Part shown: positions 46,216-57,157 of the stretch, piece after piece | Position numbering within the stretch: the first letter of the stretch is position 1 | Layout of the letters: every line of letters begins with the position of its first letter | Assembly (NCBI RefSeq): GCF_000281045.1 | Contig: NW_008246077.1 | Span: 900,137 to 964,136, forward strand | Reading direction: 5' to 3' | Length of the DNA: 64,000 nucleotides | From: Saprolegnia diclina VS20 | Lineage: Eukaryota | Notes under the pieces: model-generated | Seen by the model: only the letters and a program-made list of their open reading frames with translations | Told to the model about the DNA's origin: nothing | Databases searched by the model: none | Made by a program: the position numbers and the translations under genes

Positions 46216-47703
46216 ATGGCGGACGCTTGCAACATGACGCCGCTGGTCGTTATCGGTGCGGGCCCCCACGCGTTGGCGCTCGTCCTCACCTTGCTCGAAC
46301 AAGACAGCGCGAGCGAGTTCACAGAGACCGAGGCCGCAATGCTCTCGTTTTGGCGCAAGAAGCGTCTCGCGCCGCAGCGCCCGAGCCTTCGCCACCACCT
46401 CCGCGTCCTCGATCCGTCGGGCGCGTGGTGCGCCAACTGGAACGCCAACTTTGAGCTCTTTGGCATCTCGCACCTCCGGTCGCCACTGAGTGTGCACTTG
46501 GACCCGCTCCGGCCCGAGGGGCTCCGGGACTTTGCAACGTCGACGCACTCGGTCGTGGCGCCGCCGCCCAGCACGATCCGCTTCAACAAGCGCAACAAGG
46601 CGTTTGCATCGCAGACGTCCATGTTCAGCGAGAACGATCGAAGCTTCTTTGGGTGCCCGCGCCAAGACCTCTTCGCCGCCCACAACAAGATGCTCATCAC
46701 GCAGTACAAGATCGAGACGCTCGTCGAGCCGCAGACCGCCACGTCCATCGTGCCCGTCTTTACCAGCGACGGCGACAAGACGCCTTCGTCCTTTCAAGTC
46801 CACTGCGCGTCCGGCGAGATTGTTTGCGCGGCCAAGGTCGTCGTCGCCGTCGGCACGCAGCGTCTGCCGCGGCGGCCCACGTGGTCGCTCGCTTCCCGCC
46901 GGACGTTCCACAGCGCCGACCTGGTCGCCCAAGGCCCGTCCATCGTGCAGGCGCGGTATGCGGCGACGCGGCCGCATGTGCTCCTCGTCGGTGGCGGCTT
47001 GACATCCGTGCACTTGGCCAAGCAGGCGCTGCGCTGGGGCGCGACACACGTGACATTGCTCACGCGGTCGCCGCATTTGCGCGTGCAGCCGTACGACGTG
47101 CCCCTCGAGTGGCTCTCGCCCACGCTGGGCGACAAGATGCGCGCGGCCTTCTTCGCCGAAGCGAATGCCGACGCTCGCCTTGCACGCCTCAAGCAAGCCC
47201 GCGGTCGCGGCTCGGTCACGCAAGCCGCTATGGACCAGCTCACCGCCGTCGCGACGCCCGAAACGTTTACGCACATGGGCAGCACGACCGTGGTGGCTGT
47301 CGAGGAGGTCGACGGTCGGCTTCAGATCACGCTCTCGTCTGAAGATGTCGCTGCGTCGCCGCTCGTCGTGGACGAGATCATTTTGGCCACGGGCTCGGAC
47401 GTGGATGTGACCCGCGACCCGCTCTTCCGCGAGCTCCTCCCGCTGGGCGTGACGACAACCGGTGGCTTTCCCAACGTCGACCAAGACCTCCGCATTGCGA
47501 CGGACGTGAATGTGTTTCTCATGGGCGGGTACGCGTCCTTGCGGCTGGGACCTACGGCCGGTAACCTCATGGGCGGCCGTGCGGGCGCCAACCTCCTCTC
47601 GGACGTCCTCCTAGACGACCTCTTGCCGCCCACTGAGCAAACGACGCACCACCATGTCCGCTGTCTCTGCGGCAAAGAAAACATGTACGACCTCCTCTTG
47701 TAG
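46216..47703 (+). CDS. FAD/NAD(P)-binding oxidoreductase (N-hydroxylase/class B monooxygenase-like fold), intronless
   Basis: VVIGAGPHALA (FAD), HLRSP..HLDP, LVGGGLTSVHLA (NAD(P)), IILATG, GPTAGNLMGGR. Confidence 0.8.
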   Translation: MADACNMTPLVVIGAGPHALALVLTLLEQDSASEFTETEAAMLSFWRKKRLAPQRPSLRHHLRVLDPSGAWCANWNANFELFGISHLRSPLSVHLDPLRPEGLRDFATSTHSVVAPPPSTIRFNKRNKAFASQTSMFSENDRSFFGCPRQDLFAAHNKMLITQYKIETLVEPQTATSIVPVFTSDGDKTPSSFQVHCASGEIVCAAKVVVAVGTQRLPRRPTWSLASRRTFHSADLVAQGPSIVQARYAATRPHVLLVGGGLTSVHLAKQALRWGATHVTLLTRSPHLRVQPYDVPLEWLSPTLGDKMRAAFFAEANADARLARLKQARGRGSVTQAAMDQLTAVATPETFTHMGSTTVVAVEEVDGRLQITLSSEDVAASPLVVDEIILATGSDVDVTRDPLFRELLPLGVTTTGGFPNVDQDLRIATDVNVFLMGGYASLRLGPTAGNLMGGRAGANLLSDVLLDDLLPPTEQTTHHHVRCLCGKENMYDLLL

Positions 47704-48139
47704 AGGGTACGAGTCGACTCGTAGCACGATAGTTAAACGTTAACGCTATATTAGCATATTCCTATATTCCGATACCCTTCCAGGTGTGGCTTAGTGAACC
47801 GAGAGGGGCCAAATCGCATCGTATTAGCGGGCGTTCGTCGTCTGGTGCGGGGACTTGCTGCTCGGGTTTTGGACCCGACAGTGTCGACCCTTGGTGGGGG
47901 TCCGATGCGACGAGACGGATGCTCTCGCAGTGGTTGCTCCGGACGAGCGGCTCCATTGTGACGACGACAGTAGCGAGCGGCCACCAAGAAGCGCTTGCAA
48001 TGAAGCAACGTTCGTCGTCCGACGCGGGATGGGACGGTCGATGGCGGCGCTTCTGGCGCGCTTTTGGCTCGCCGTATCCGGAATTATCGGGTAACCGGAT
48101 TGCAGCGCAGACAGTCGCTGAGCACTCGAGGTGGTTGTC

Positions 48140-49175
48140 ATGGTGGCAGACAAGGCGGCGCTCCTGGCGCAACTGGCGCGTGCCCAGATGGCCGCGCTGG
48201 AGGAGCACGTGCAGATCTACCACGAGTGCGTGAGCGGTACGATTGCGCTCACGGGCGCCCACCCGCTGACGGACCAGGTCCGTTCGCAGCATGTTGCAGT
48301 CGCAGCGTCACGCTCGCTCTAGGATGCCGTTGCGCTCGACGACGACCTCCGCATCGTGCGGAAAAAGGCGTTTTACAGCAACACGCCCAGCACCCTGCCG
48401 TCGGCGTTTGTCCAGGACCTCTTTGCGACGGCGTGCAATGAGAAGGGCGTCGTGGCGTCACCCAAGAAGATGCAAGCTGCCCTTGCAGCGCTCAAGAGCA
48501 AGTCGCCCGACCTCAGTGTACACGCTCCGTTTGCGCACTGCATGCCTCACGACACAAGGTAGACCACAGAGCGCACGCAAGCCGCGATGGTCATTTACAG
48601 CTCGCTCGAGTACTGGCGCGTCAAGGCCGAGGCCGCGCCCAAGTATGAGGAGCGCTTCACGGCGATTTGCGATGCCCACGACCCGTACATCAACATGTTT
48701 ATGGAGTGGATTGTCGACGGGAGCGACGAGCGCAAGCAAGGCAGCGTCTACGAGCAAGAGCTCGCGATGGTGCTCGTAAAGATGATCTCCGACTACATGC
48801 CGTCCGACAAGCGCCAGAAGAAGAAAACCTTGCGACGGCTGCGAGATTTCAAAGACATTCCCAACCTCAAGACACAGGTATGCAGCGCGCTAGGTGCCAG
48901 TTTGCGAGCCAACGATGCGTCTCTAGCTGCGCGAGGTCAAGCAGACAATACACGAGCTCGAAGACCCAACGATGCAAGTCGACGAGATCTTACAGTATGT
49001 GCGCATCCGCCGCATCACGACGGTACATGGCGAAGAGCGGTATCGCTGCAAGTACGTCAACGGCGAAGTGTTTTGTGCAATGCGCTCCGAGCTCGAGTGT
49101 GCCAAGTTCATTCGCGCCAAGTGCATTGAAGACCACGTCAACTGGCGGGACGTACTCGTACTCAACAAGTCCTAA
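48140..49175 (+). CDS. Hypothetical protein, three introns, possible C-terminal chromo-like module
   Basis: Coding-like exons MVADKAALL.., FYSNTPS.., MVIYSSLEYW.., and LQVDEILQY..GEERYRCKY. Confidence 0.55.
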
Positions 49176-49427
49176 CGTTCGTCGTCCTCGCCTGTTTGTT
49201 AACTTCACACCACGCTCGTTGGTCGCAAGCCGACGACTTGTCGATACGTCGTGGTCTCCGCCTGCACGCAGAAGCACTGATCTTGTCGCTTGGATTTTAT
49301 GGTGGCTTTGGATTGGCCAGGGCCGTGCGAAAAAAATGGATCCACCAATCAGCGAACGCGGCGAAAAAATACAAAATCGCCGTCCCACAAACGCCCGCAG
49401 TCTTGAAACGAATACACGACGCGTGCG

Positions 49428-50220
49428 ATGGCCTCGAAGGACGACGTCAAGTTCCTCGCCGTCGCGCGGGTCGCGCACAAGAGCATCATTAGCAACCATG
49501 TGCACACCAAGGGCGGCAAGAAGGACGGCGCGCGCTTCACCGAGGTCGCGGCCAAGGTCCTCTCGTCGCCGACGTGGGCGAAAGAGGTGGCGCCCAACAG
49601 CCGCCATGCGCTCGCGTTTGATGGCCTCAAGCTCCACTTTATGCTCGACAGCGGCAACTTTGTGTACTTTGCCGTCACTGCGGGCGACTACCCGATCCGC
49701 GTCGCGCACCAAATGATCAACGACATGGAGACGCAATTTGTTGCGTCGTTCGCCGCCGAGGCCTTGACGCTCAAGAAGGACCAGACCGTCGGCAGCGACT
49801 GCGCCAAGGTACGCTATCTGTCTATGCATCGCGTCTTATGCTTCACAGGTGCTGGCGACGATCGCGGCGACGTACGACGACCGCACGAAGATCGACAAGC
49901 TATCGCTCGTCAAGCTGCAGGTCGAAGGCGTGAAAGATACGATGAGGGAATCGATTGGCCTCGCGCTCGCCAACGGCGAGAAGCTCGAGACGCTCGAGCA
50001 AAAGTCGTCCGAGCTCTCAGACAACGCCAAGATCTTCCACAAGGGCGCGACCGACCTCCACCGCCAAATGCGCTTGCGCAAGCTGCGTCTCTTTGCCGCG
50101 ATCGGCGTCTCGATCGTGCTCGTCGTGATCCTCGTCTTGTACATCCTCGGCGTCTTCTCGTCCGAAAGCAGTAGCAACAACAGCCACAGTCGTCAGCGTC
50201 GTCGTCTTCGCTTGGTCTGA
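49428..50220 (+). CDS. Longin R-SNARE, VAMP7-like (copy 1), one intron
   Basis: Longin domain (YFAVTAGDYPIRVA), SNARE motif KLSLVKLQVEGVKDTM..GEKLETLEQKSSEL..F, and TM. Confidence 0.85.
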
Positions 50221-50412
50221 GGCCTGTTCATATATATATTGATATTGCGAGGGATGCGCGCCCATATTCGTGTCGATTGGAATATGCACCAATCGCAACA
50301 CGCAACGCCAAGATCGCAATCCGCCCAACCGTCAACGGCAAAGTCAATTTTAGGTTTCGCTTCGGCTAGTCAGTCTTTGAGAAAACACGCAAGCAGCAGC
50401 AGCAGGAGTACC

Positions 50413-51219
50413 ATGGCGCTGACCAGCGACAACGTCAAGTTTCTCGCAGTCGCCCGCGGGAGCGACAAGGCCATCATCGCGTCGTACGCCCATACGAAGA
50501 AGGACAAGGAAGAGTCGCCCAAGTACTTGGACATGCTCACCAAGGTGCTGCGTGCGCCGACGTGGAAGCAGCAGGTTGCACCCAACAGCCGCCACACGCT
50601 CGACTGCGAACCCAACAAATTTCACTTCACCATGGACAACGACGAGATCGTCTATGTGGCGATCACGGCCGCCGACTACCCGGTCCGGCTCGCGTTCAAG
50701 CTTCTGGCGGCCGTGCAGGAAGAGATGACTGGAAAGCACGCGGCCAAGCTACCGACGGTCAAAGAAGGCGGCCTCGACAAGGAGTGCGCCAAGGGCCTCA
50801 GCGTCATCGCGACGACGTACGATGACCGCACCAAGGTCGACAAGCTCGCCGAGGTCATGGCGCAAGTCGACGCTGTCAAGAGCACGATGCAGGAGAACAT
50901 CCAAGTCGTTCTCTCCAACACGGAGAAGATGGAAATGGTCGAGCAAAAGTCCAACGACCTCAGCGAACAGGCCAAGGTCTTTCGCAACACGGGCAAGAGC
51001 CTCTCGCGGGCCATGTGGTGGAAGAACGTCAAGCTCACAATCGCCCTCGGCCTCGTTGTGATCGTGGTCCTGCTCATTCTCTTGGCCGCGCTCGGCGTCT
51101 TCAAGACGAGCAGCACGACGACAACCCCCAGCTCCGGGACAACCGCACCGCCTGCAACGACAGCACCGCTGCCGACGACCGCCCATCTGCGCCACCTCGT
51201 CACCTCTCAATTCCATTAA
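50413..51219 (+). CDS. Longin R-SNARE, VAMP7-like (copy 2), intronless, Thr/Pro-rich luminal tail
   Basis: Longin domain, KLAEVMAQVDAVKSTMQENI..KSNDLSEQAKVF..MWWKNVK, TM, then TSSTTTTPSSGTTAPPATTAP. Confidence 0.9.
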   Translation: MALTSDNVKFLAVARGSDKAIIASYAHTKKDKEESPKYLDMLTKVLRAPTWKQQVAPNSRHTLDCEPNKFHFTMDNDEIVYVAITAADYPVRLAFKLLAAVQEEMTGKHAAKLPTVKEGGLDKECAKGLSVIATTYDDRTKVDKLAEVMAQVDAVKSTMQENIQVVLSNTEKMEMVEQKSNDLSEQAKVFRNTGKSLSRAMWWKNVKLTIALGLVVIVVLLILLAALGVFKTSSTTTTPSSGTTAPPATTAPLPTTAHLRHLVTSQFH

Positions 51220-51455
51220 TCTACTACTATCCGAAACCTATCCAAAAACTATCCAACTATCTAAGAAAACGATCCATTTACTTGAATTTGGCGCGGTTTC
51301 GCGTCTGTGGTCGATCGAAGCCATCTGTTTTGATTTAATTACTATTGTAATGAAATCATTTTACATACAAAGACTGTGTCTGAATACTCATTTATAAATA
51401 AAAAGCGCTGCATTTTATTCGGCTCCACACAAATCGAGCTCCATTTCACGGGAAT

Positions 51456-52724
51456 ATGGACGGCCTCGAGGCAACGCTCCAGGACGCGCGCTTCGTCCGC
51501 GGAATCGGGCTCCTCAAGGAGAAGCGGTACGAGGAAGCGGTCGTCCACTTCGAAGACTATCTGCGCACCATGTAATGAGTTCATGCGATTGCGGCCGTGA
51601 GGTTGACGCTGGTATGTGTAGGGTCGAGGCCGAAGGCAACGCCGAGTCGCTGAGCGCTGCGCCCGTGTACTACGAGTACGGCAACGCGCTCTTATCGCTC
51701 GCGGAAGCGACCGCCAGCGTCTTTGGCCAGGACGCGACTAAGGGTGAGGAAGGTGAAGCGGAAGACCAGAGCGACTTGGAGGTCGCGTGGGAGATGCTCG
51801 AGATTGCGCGCATCATACTCTCCAAGCACGAAGGCGAAGACGACCGCATCCACAAGGAGCTCTCGCGCGTCCACAGCCGCTTGGGCGACCTCGCCATGGA
51901 GTCGGATCTCTTCCAGGAAGCGCGCGTCGACTATGAAAAGAGCTTGGCGCTGCAAAAGAAGTTCTTGACATCGACGGCGATGGACACGACACCGCTCGCC
52001 GACACGTACTGCTGCATGGCAATCACGTGCATTTACGAGCATGCCAAGCAGCCCGAAGCGGGCGCCGACGAAGAAGAGACCAAGACGGACGCGCCGATTG
52101 TGAGTCACGCGGAAATGGAGGTGCAAGGCGTGCGCTACTACGTCCTCGCCGGCAACGTCATGCGTGACAACCTGTACCGTCAAGCAACGTCGTGCTCACC
52201 GGCCTGCATGACGTTCCTCGAGACACATATTCCGATGGAGACAAAGCCCGAGTCGTCCAAGGGGAAGGGCAAGGCCAAGCCCCCGGTCATGGATGCTTCC
52301 GTCGCCGACCTCACGCTTCCGTACGTGGGCCCCATGGAAGACATGCGCAAGACGTTTGTCGCGGCGGCGCTCAATGCCCGGGGTGTCGACCCGAGCACGG
52401 CAGATGATGCCAGCACGCTCCTTGACGACGACGAGGCCAAGCTTCTCGAGTACCTCGAGATCTACACGGAGATCAAGGAGAAGGTATTAATCACAAAGCG
52501 ATCGTGCAGCCTTGAACGCTTGTATGTAGGTCGACGGGCTCCGCGAGAACGTCGAGGCAAGCCGCGCCGAGGCCGCGGCTGCGTCCATGACAACGGTCGG
52601 GTTTGGCGCTGCGCCGGCCCCCGTCGCGGTCAAGCGCGATGCAGAATCGGCGCCGGTCAACGTTCTGCCGGTGGCGAAGAAGCGGAAACTTGCACCCACG
52701 GCCGTGGTCGACGAGGCCAAGTAA
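51456..52724 (+). CDS. NASP/Hif1-like SHNi-TPR histone chaperone, two introns
   Basis: APVYYEYGNALL, DLEVAWEMLEIARII, VHSRLGDLAMESDLFQEARVDYEKSL, and C-terminal NLS-like VNVLPVAKKRKL. Confidence 0.85.
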
Positions 52725-52761
52725 AGTTTATAAACACACACACGTGTCATGCCTGTCTATC

Positions 52762-53352
52762 TCAGAGCTCGTCCTTGGTCACCGAGGGCTCTTGCTGCTC
52801 GTGGGCCCATTTCGCAAAGACGTTCCGGCGCTTCGCCCGCGTCGCCTCGACCATTTCGATCCAATACGCCTCGATCGCCTCCTCGGCCATTTCCGGAAAG
52901 TTGTCGATGGCAAAGCTCTTGCGCCGGTCTCCGTCGCGGCTCTCCATGACGACGACCTCGAAGCTCTCGACGGGCGCCCCGCTCTTGAAGTGTGGCGACG
53001 CGAGCTCGAGCATGAGATACGTGTTGTCGTGAAAGTCACCCGTCTACGCTTCGCCGTCAGTCGACCATTTCGGCGGATTCGCCTACTTGGGTCGCGCCCG
53101 ACGTGACCGCATGCAGCGACAGCGTCATGTAGATGCCCGTGTCCGAGAGCCGCCGCAGCTCGTCGAGTGCAAACTAGCGCCCATCGCATCGCATGTGTTT
53201 CTCAAGACGCGTACCTGCGCAGCGCTGAGAATCGCCGGGTCCGTCGTGTGCTTGTACTCTCGCGGCGTCGCCGTGGCCACGTGGACATCGCCATGCACCG
53301 CAAAGGTCACGAGCGCCAGCAGCAGCCAGCCCACGAGCCTCGCTCGTAGCAT
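52762..53352 (-). CDS. Small ER-lumen protein (signal peptide + KDEL), cystatin-like pattern, two introns
   Basis: MLRARLVGWLLLALVTFAVHG signal; spliced DPAILSAAQFALDELRRLSD..VTSGATQVGDFHDNTYLMLEL; ends TKDEL-stop. Confidence 0.75.
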
Positions 53353-53937
53353 GCTCAAAGATCGCAACACTAATTCCTCTATGCTCGAAATTCGTAGCAA
53401 TTTCATAGCTTCGATTAAAACTTCGATTTGCCTTTGGAAAGAGTGCCCGGCTCACCAGACTTTAGCTCGAACATGAAATTGCTCTGCCCTCCGATAATAC
53501 TACCTCCTCATATGTCTATCGACGGCCACCAGAGGAAAAGCGTTGCGTGCGGCGAACTCGTGTCGTCTTTCTAATACTGGCGTGCCGAGTGGCGACCTTC
53601 AACTGCAACACAAAGGGGTGGTGGGGACGGTCATCCCACTGTGTGTTCCTATCCTCCACGCGCAAAGGAATCCTGCTCCACGCCCGCTCTGTCTGACGAG
53701 CGGTGGAGGCACAGCGCCACTCCATGGACAGCGCCACATCGGCAGCGCCGAAGCTACTGCAACCAGAACACACTGCGCGACCACTCTAGGTGGTCGACAA
53801 GCCACCGGAAACCGCGAATGGAAACCGACGTTAATTCCTTTGTCATACAAAAACGAGGTATACTCGGCACGGTGCAATTTTTAAAAACTCGACCGAGCAG
53901 GTCTCACTTTGCCGTTTGCAACCAAGGAAGAAAGGAC

Positions 53938-55414
53938 ATGTCGACATCGACGAGCGAAGAGCGCAAGACGCGCAAGGGCTTCCTCTGGGGCCTCGTCATG
54001 CTCGTGTCTGGCACGCTGTGTACGATCATCACCAAGGTGCAGTACAGCCTCCAGTCGCTCGGCACGGAGCCGTGCGTCATCAACGGCAACACGACGCTGC
54101 ATTGCTACTTTGACAAGCCGTGGTTCGGCGTCCTCGAGATGAAGCTTGCGATGGCGTGCTGCCTCGTGTTTCTCTACGTCCGGAAGCGCGTCGAACACCG
54201 CGCGTACCTCGAGACGCCCGTCAACAAAATGCAAAAGGGCGGCCGCAAGTACATGCTCACGCCGCAGCAGTCGCGCAAGGCAGCGTCCACCAAGAACGAG
54301 CGCACGCCGTTTCTCGACACCTCGTCATCGGCGTCGGGGCCGTCGTGGTCGACCATCATGCTGCTCATCATCCCGTCGATGCTCGACTTGCTCAACACGG
54401 TGTTTGCCAACATTGGCCTCCTCTGGATCTCGTCATCCATCTACCAGATGACGCGCGGGTCCGTCATCCTCTTCAACGCCTTCTTCTCGGTGCGCTTCAT
54501 GGGCAAGCGCCTCTTCGCTTACCACTACTCGAGCATCCTCCTCGTCATCATCGCCGTCGGCATGGTCTCGTTCGCAGGCCTCTCGCAAGCCGCGATGCAG
54601 TCGGCCGCCGAGCCGTCGGCCGCGGACGCGGAGAAGCAAGCCAACCAGGTTCTCGGCCTCAGCTTCATCTTTGTGGCCCAGTTTCTCTGCGCGATCCAGA
54701 TTGTGATTGAAGAGTACTTTTTGACCAAGCGTCAAGTGAGTCCGATGCTCCTCGTGGGCATTGAGGGGCTCTGGGGCCTCGTCTTCATGGTCGTCTTGAT
54801 CCCGCTGCTGCAGTGGACGCCCCGGGGCACCTCGGGTCTCTCCAAGGTCTGGCACGAAGACTTCTCCGACGCGCTTGTCAAGATCTCCAACTCGTGGCCG
54901 CTCGTCTGGACGGTTGTCGCGTACGTCATTACTATCGGCGTCTTCAACGTACGTCCTCGTCGTCTTATTCGGATGCTTATTCTTACGCGGATGCTTCTTG
55001 CGTAGCTCGCGGCGAGCTTTGTCACCAAGTACCTCAACTCGGTCGTGCGCAGTATCCTCGATGTCCGTCGCTTTGTTGGGATGATGCATGTCTTATGTGG
55101 AGTCATAGACGATGCGCACGATGGGCGTCTGGCTCCTCACGCTCTTTGTCTACTACGTGATCAAGTGGACCGGACCCAACTCGCCGGGCGAGCCGTGGAC
55201 TGTCTGGAGCTGGCTCGAGCTCGCGGGCTTTGCCGTCATGGTCGTGGGCACACTCACGGTACGCGTTTTGCTCTGGGGCCCAACTCATCTCGCCTTGTTG
55301 CGACTGTAGTACAAGAAGATCCTGCGCTTCCCCGGCACGTGGTTGTATGCGGCGGAAGAGCGCGAAGCCAACTTGGCGCTGACCAAGTCGCCGTTCATGG
55401 CCTCGATGCATTAG
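53938..55414 (+). CDS. SLC35F6-like DMT/nucleotide-sugar transporter family protein (copy 1)
   Basis: FDKPWF, IPSMLDL, SIYQMTRGSVILF, IEEYFL, VGIEGLWG; short 3' introns; upstream INR/FPR at 53902-53918. Confidence 0.85.
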
Positions 55415-55463
55415 AGACTCGGCTTAAACGCACGCAATGAACTCGTCCAGTGCACGTCGCTTG

Positions 55464-56945
55464 TCAGTGGCGGTCGAGCATAAAGGACGAAATTTCGACT
55501 TGCACCGGGAGCCCACGGTCGTCTTGGTACAAACGGACGCACGGGAAATGCAGAATTTGCTTGTACTGAATCAACACTAAGTCAGATCCTCAAAATACGG
55601 TGCTTGGCGTACCGTGAGCGTCGCCAGCGCCATGAGCACAAACCCGACGGCTTCGACGCTAGCCATGGCCCATGAGCCATCATCAAGAGCCTCTACAATG
55701 CAGTGGGTAGGAATACCATGACCACTCTGTAAAGGGCTCCCCCGGCGACGACGGGCCCGTCCACTCGAGGATGTAGTAGACAATAAAGCCTAGGACCCAT
55801 ACACCGAGCGTTCGCCCGAGCTAGTACAGCTTATATATCATCCCATGGCGCGACAAGCTAGCAAGCATTACCTCGACCATGCTGCGGACGAGCGCCGAGT
55901 GGTGCTTGGTGATGTAGAGGGCTGCAATCTACAACGAGGTGAGGCGTGGGTCAGAGTAGGTGTATAGTGCCTGGTACGAGGCGACACAGAGCATATACAA
56001 GGCAACGAGCAAGCAGAGAAGCCCCGAGCGGCGTAGCTTGACCCACGTGTCTGAAAAGTCTTCGTGCCACAGCTGCGCAAGAGCCGAGTCGGTGGCGGGT
56101 GTCATGTTGAGGAGCGGCGTCATCGGCAGCAAGAGCACGAGACCCCAGAGCCCTTCCATGCCCACGAGCAAGATGGGGCTGACGTGGTGCACGTTGAGAA
56201 AGTGCTCCTCGACGACGAGCTGCAGCGAAAAGATGAGCTGCGAAAGCAGAATGCACGCCATGCCGACGAGCTGGGTCCACTCGGCGTCGACGACGTTTTG
56301 GAACTGGACGCTGAGAATGTCGCGGGGACTCAGGACGCCGTGGCCGAGGACGCCCGCGATCGAGACGATCACCATGGACACGAGCATGAGTAGAATGCTC
56401 CAGATCTGGTAGCAGTGCAGTTTGAGGCCGAGACCGCGGACCGCAAAGCACGCGCTGAAGACGACAACGCACCCCGAGCTCATCTGGTACACGGACGCTG
56501 GGATCCACAAGAGCCCCATGAGCGACAACATCGTCTGGATAAGGTCCAGCGCCGCAGGAAGCACGAGCAGCGAGAGGGAAAACCACGACGGGCCATCGAC
56601 CGACTGCTGCAGGAGCATGCGGCGCTCCTCGTACGTGCGCGGCTGGGGCATGTACTTGACACCGTACTGCTGACGCTTGAAGACGGGTGTCTCGAGGAAG
56701 AGCGATTTCGTGTAGCGTTTGCGCACGACAAGGAAGACAAGGCTCATGCTCATGGCCGCTTTCATCTGGAGCACGCCAAACCACGGCTTGGCAAAGCGGC
56801 AGGTCGTCGACGTCGTGCCATTGGCGTCAGTGCAGCTGTCGGTGCCCGGGACGATGAGGCTAAACTGCGCCTTCATGAGGACGGTCGCGAGGGCGCCGCC
56901 GGCGAGCGCAGCGCTGAGGATCAACGCGGCTTTGCTCGTCGTCAT
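55464..56945 (-). CDS. SLC35F6-like transporter (copy 2)
   Basis: FAKPWF, LPAALDL, SVYQMSSG, VEEHFL, VGMEGLWG, LWHEDFSD; last exon YKQILHFPC..RH-stop. Confidence 0.8.
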
Positions 56946-57157
56946 GTCGAATCCAAAACTGAAAGATTGCAATGCAAAGCATTCCGCCGTTTCATTGGCC
57001 AAAATTCATGGGTTTCATAACGGCCGACCAATCCGCGGCCCCGATCTTGGCCGATCCGACAGGCCAGGGATGCAGCCGCCAAGCATAGAGGAAGCTGGCA
57101 GAGGCCAAAGACAGAGATGACAAGCACACGCTGGTTAAGATTAGTGGCGACAGCGGT

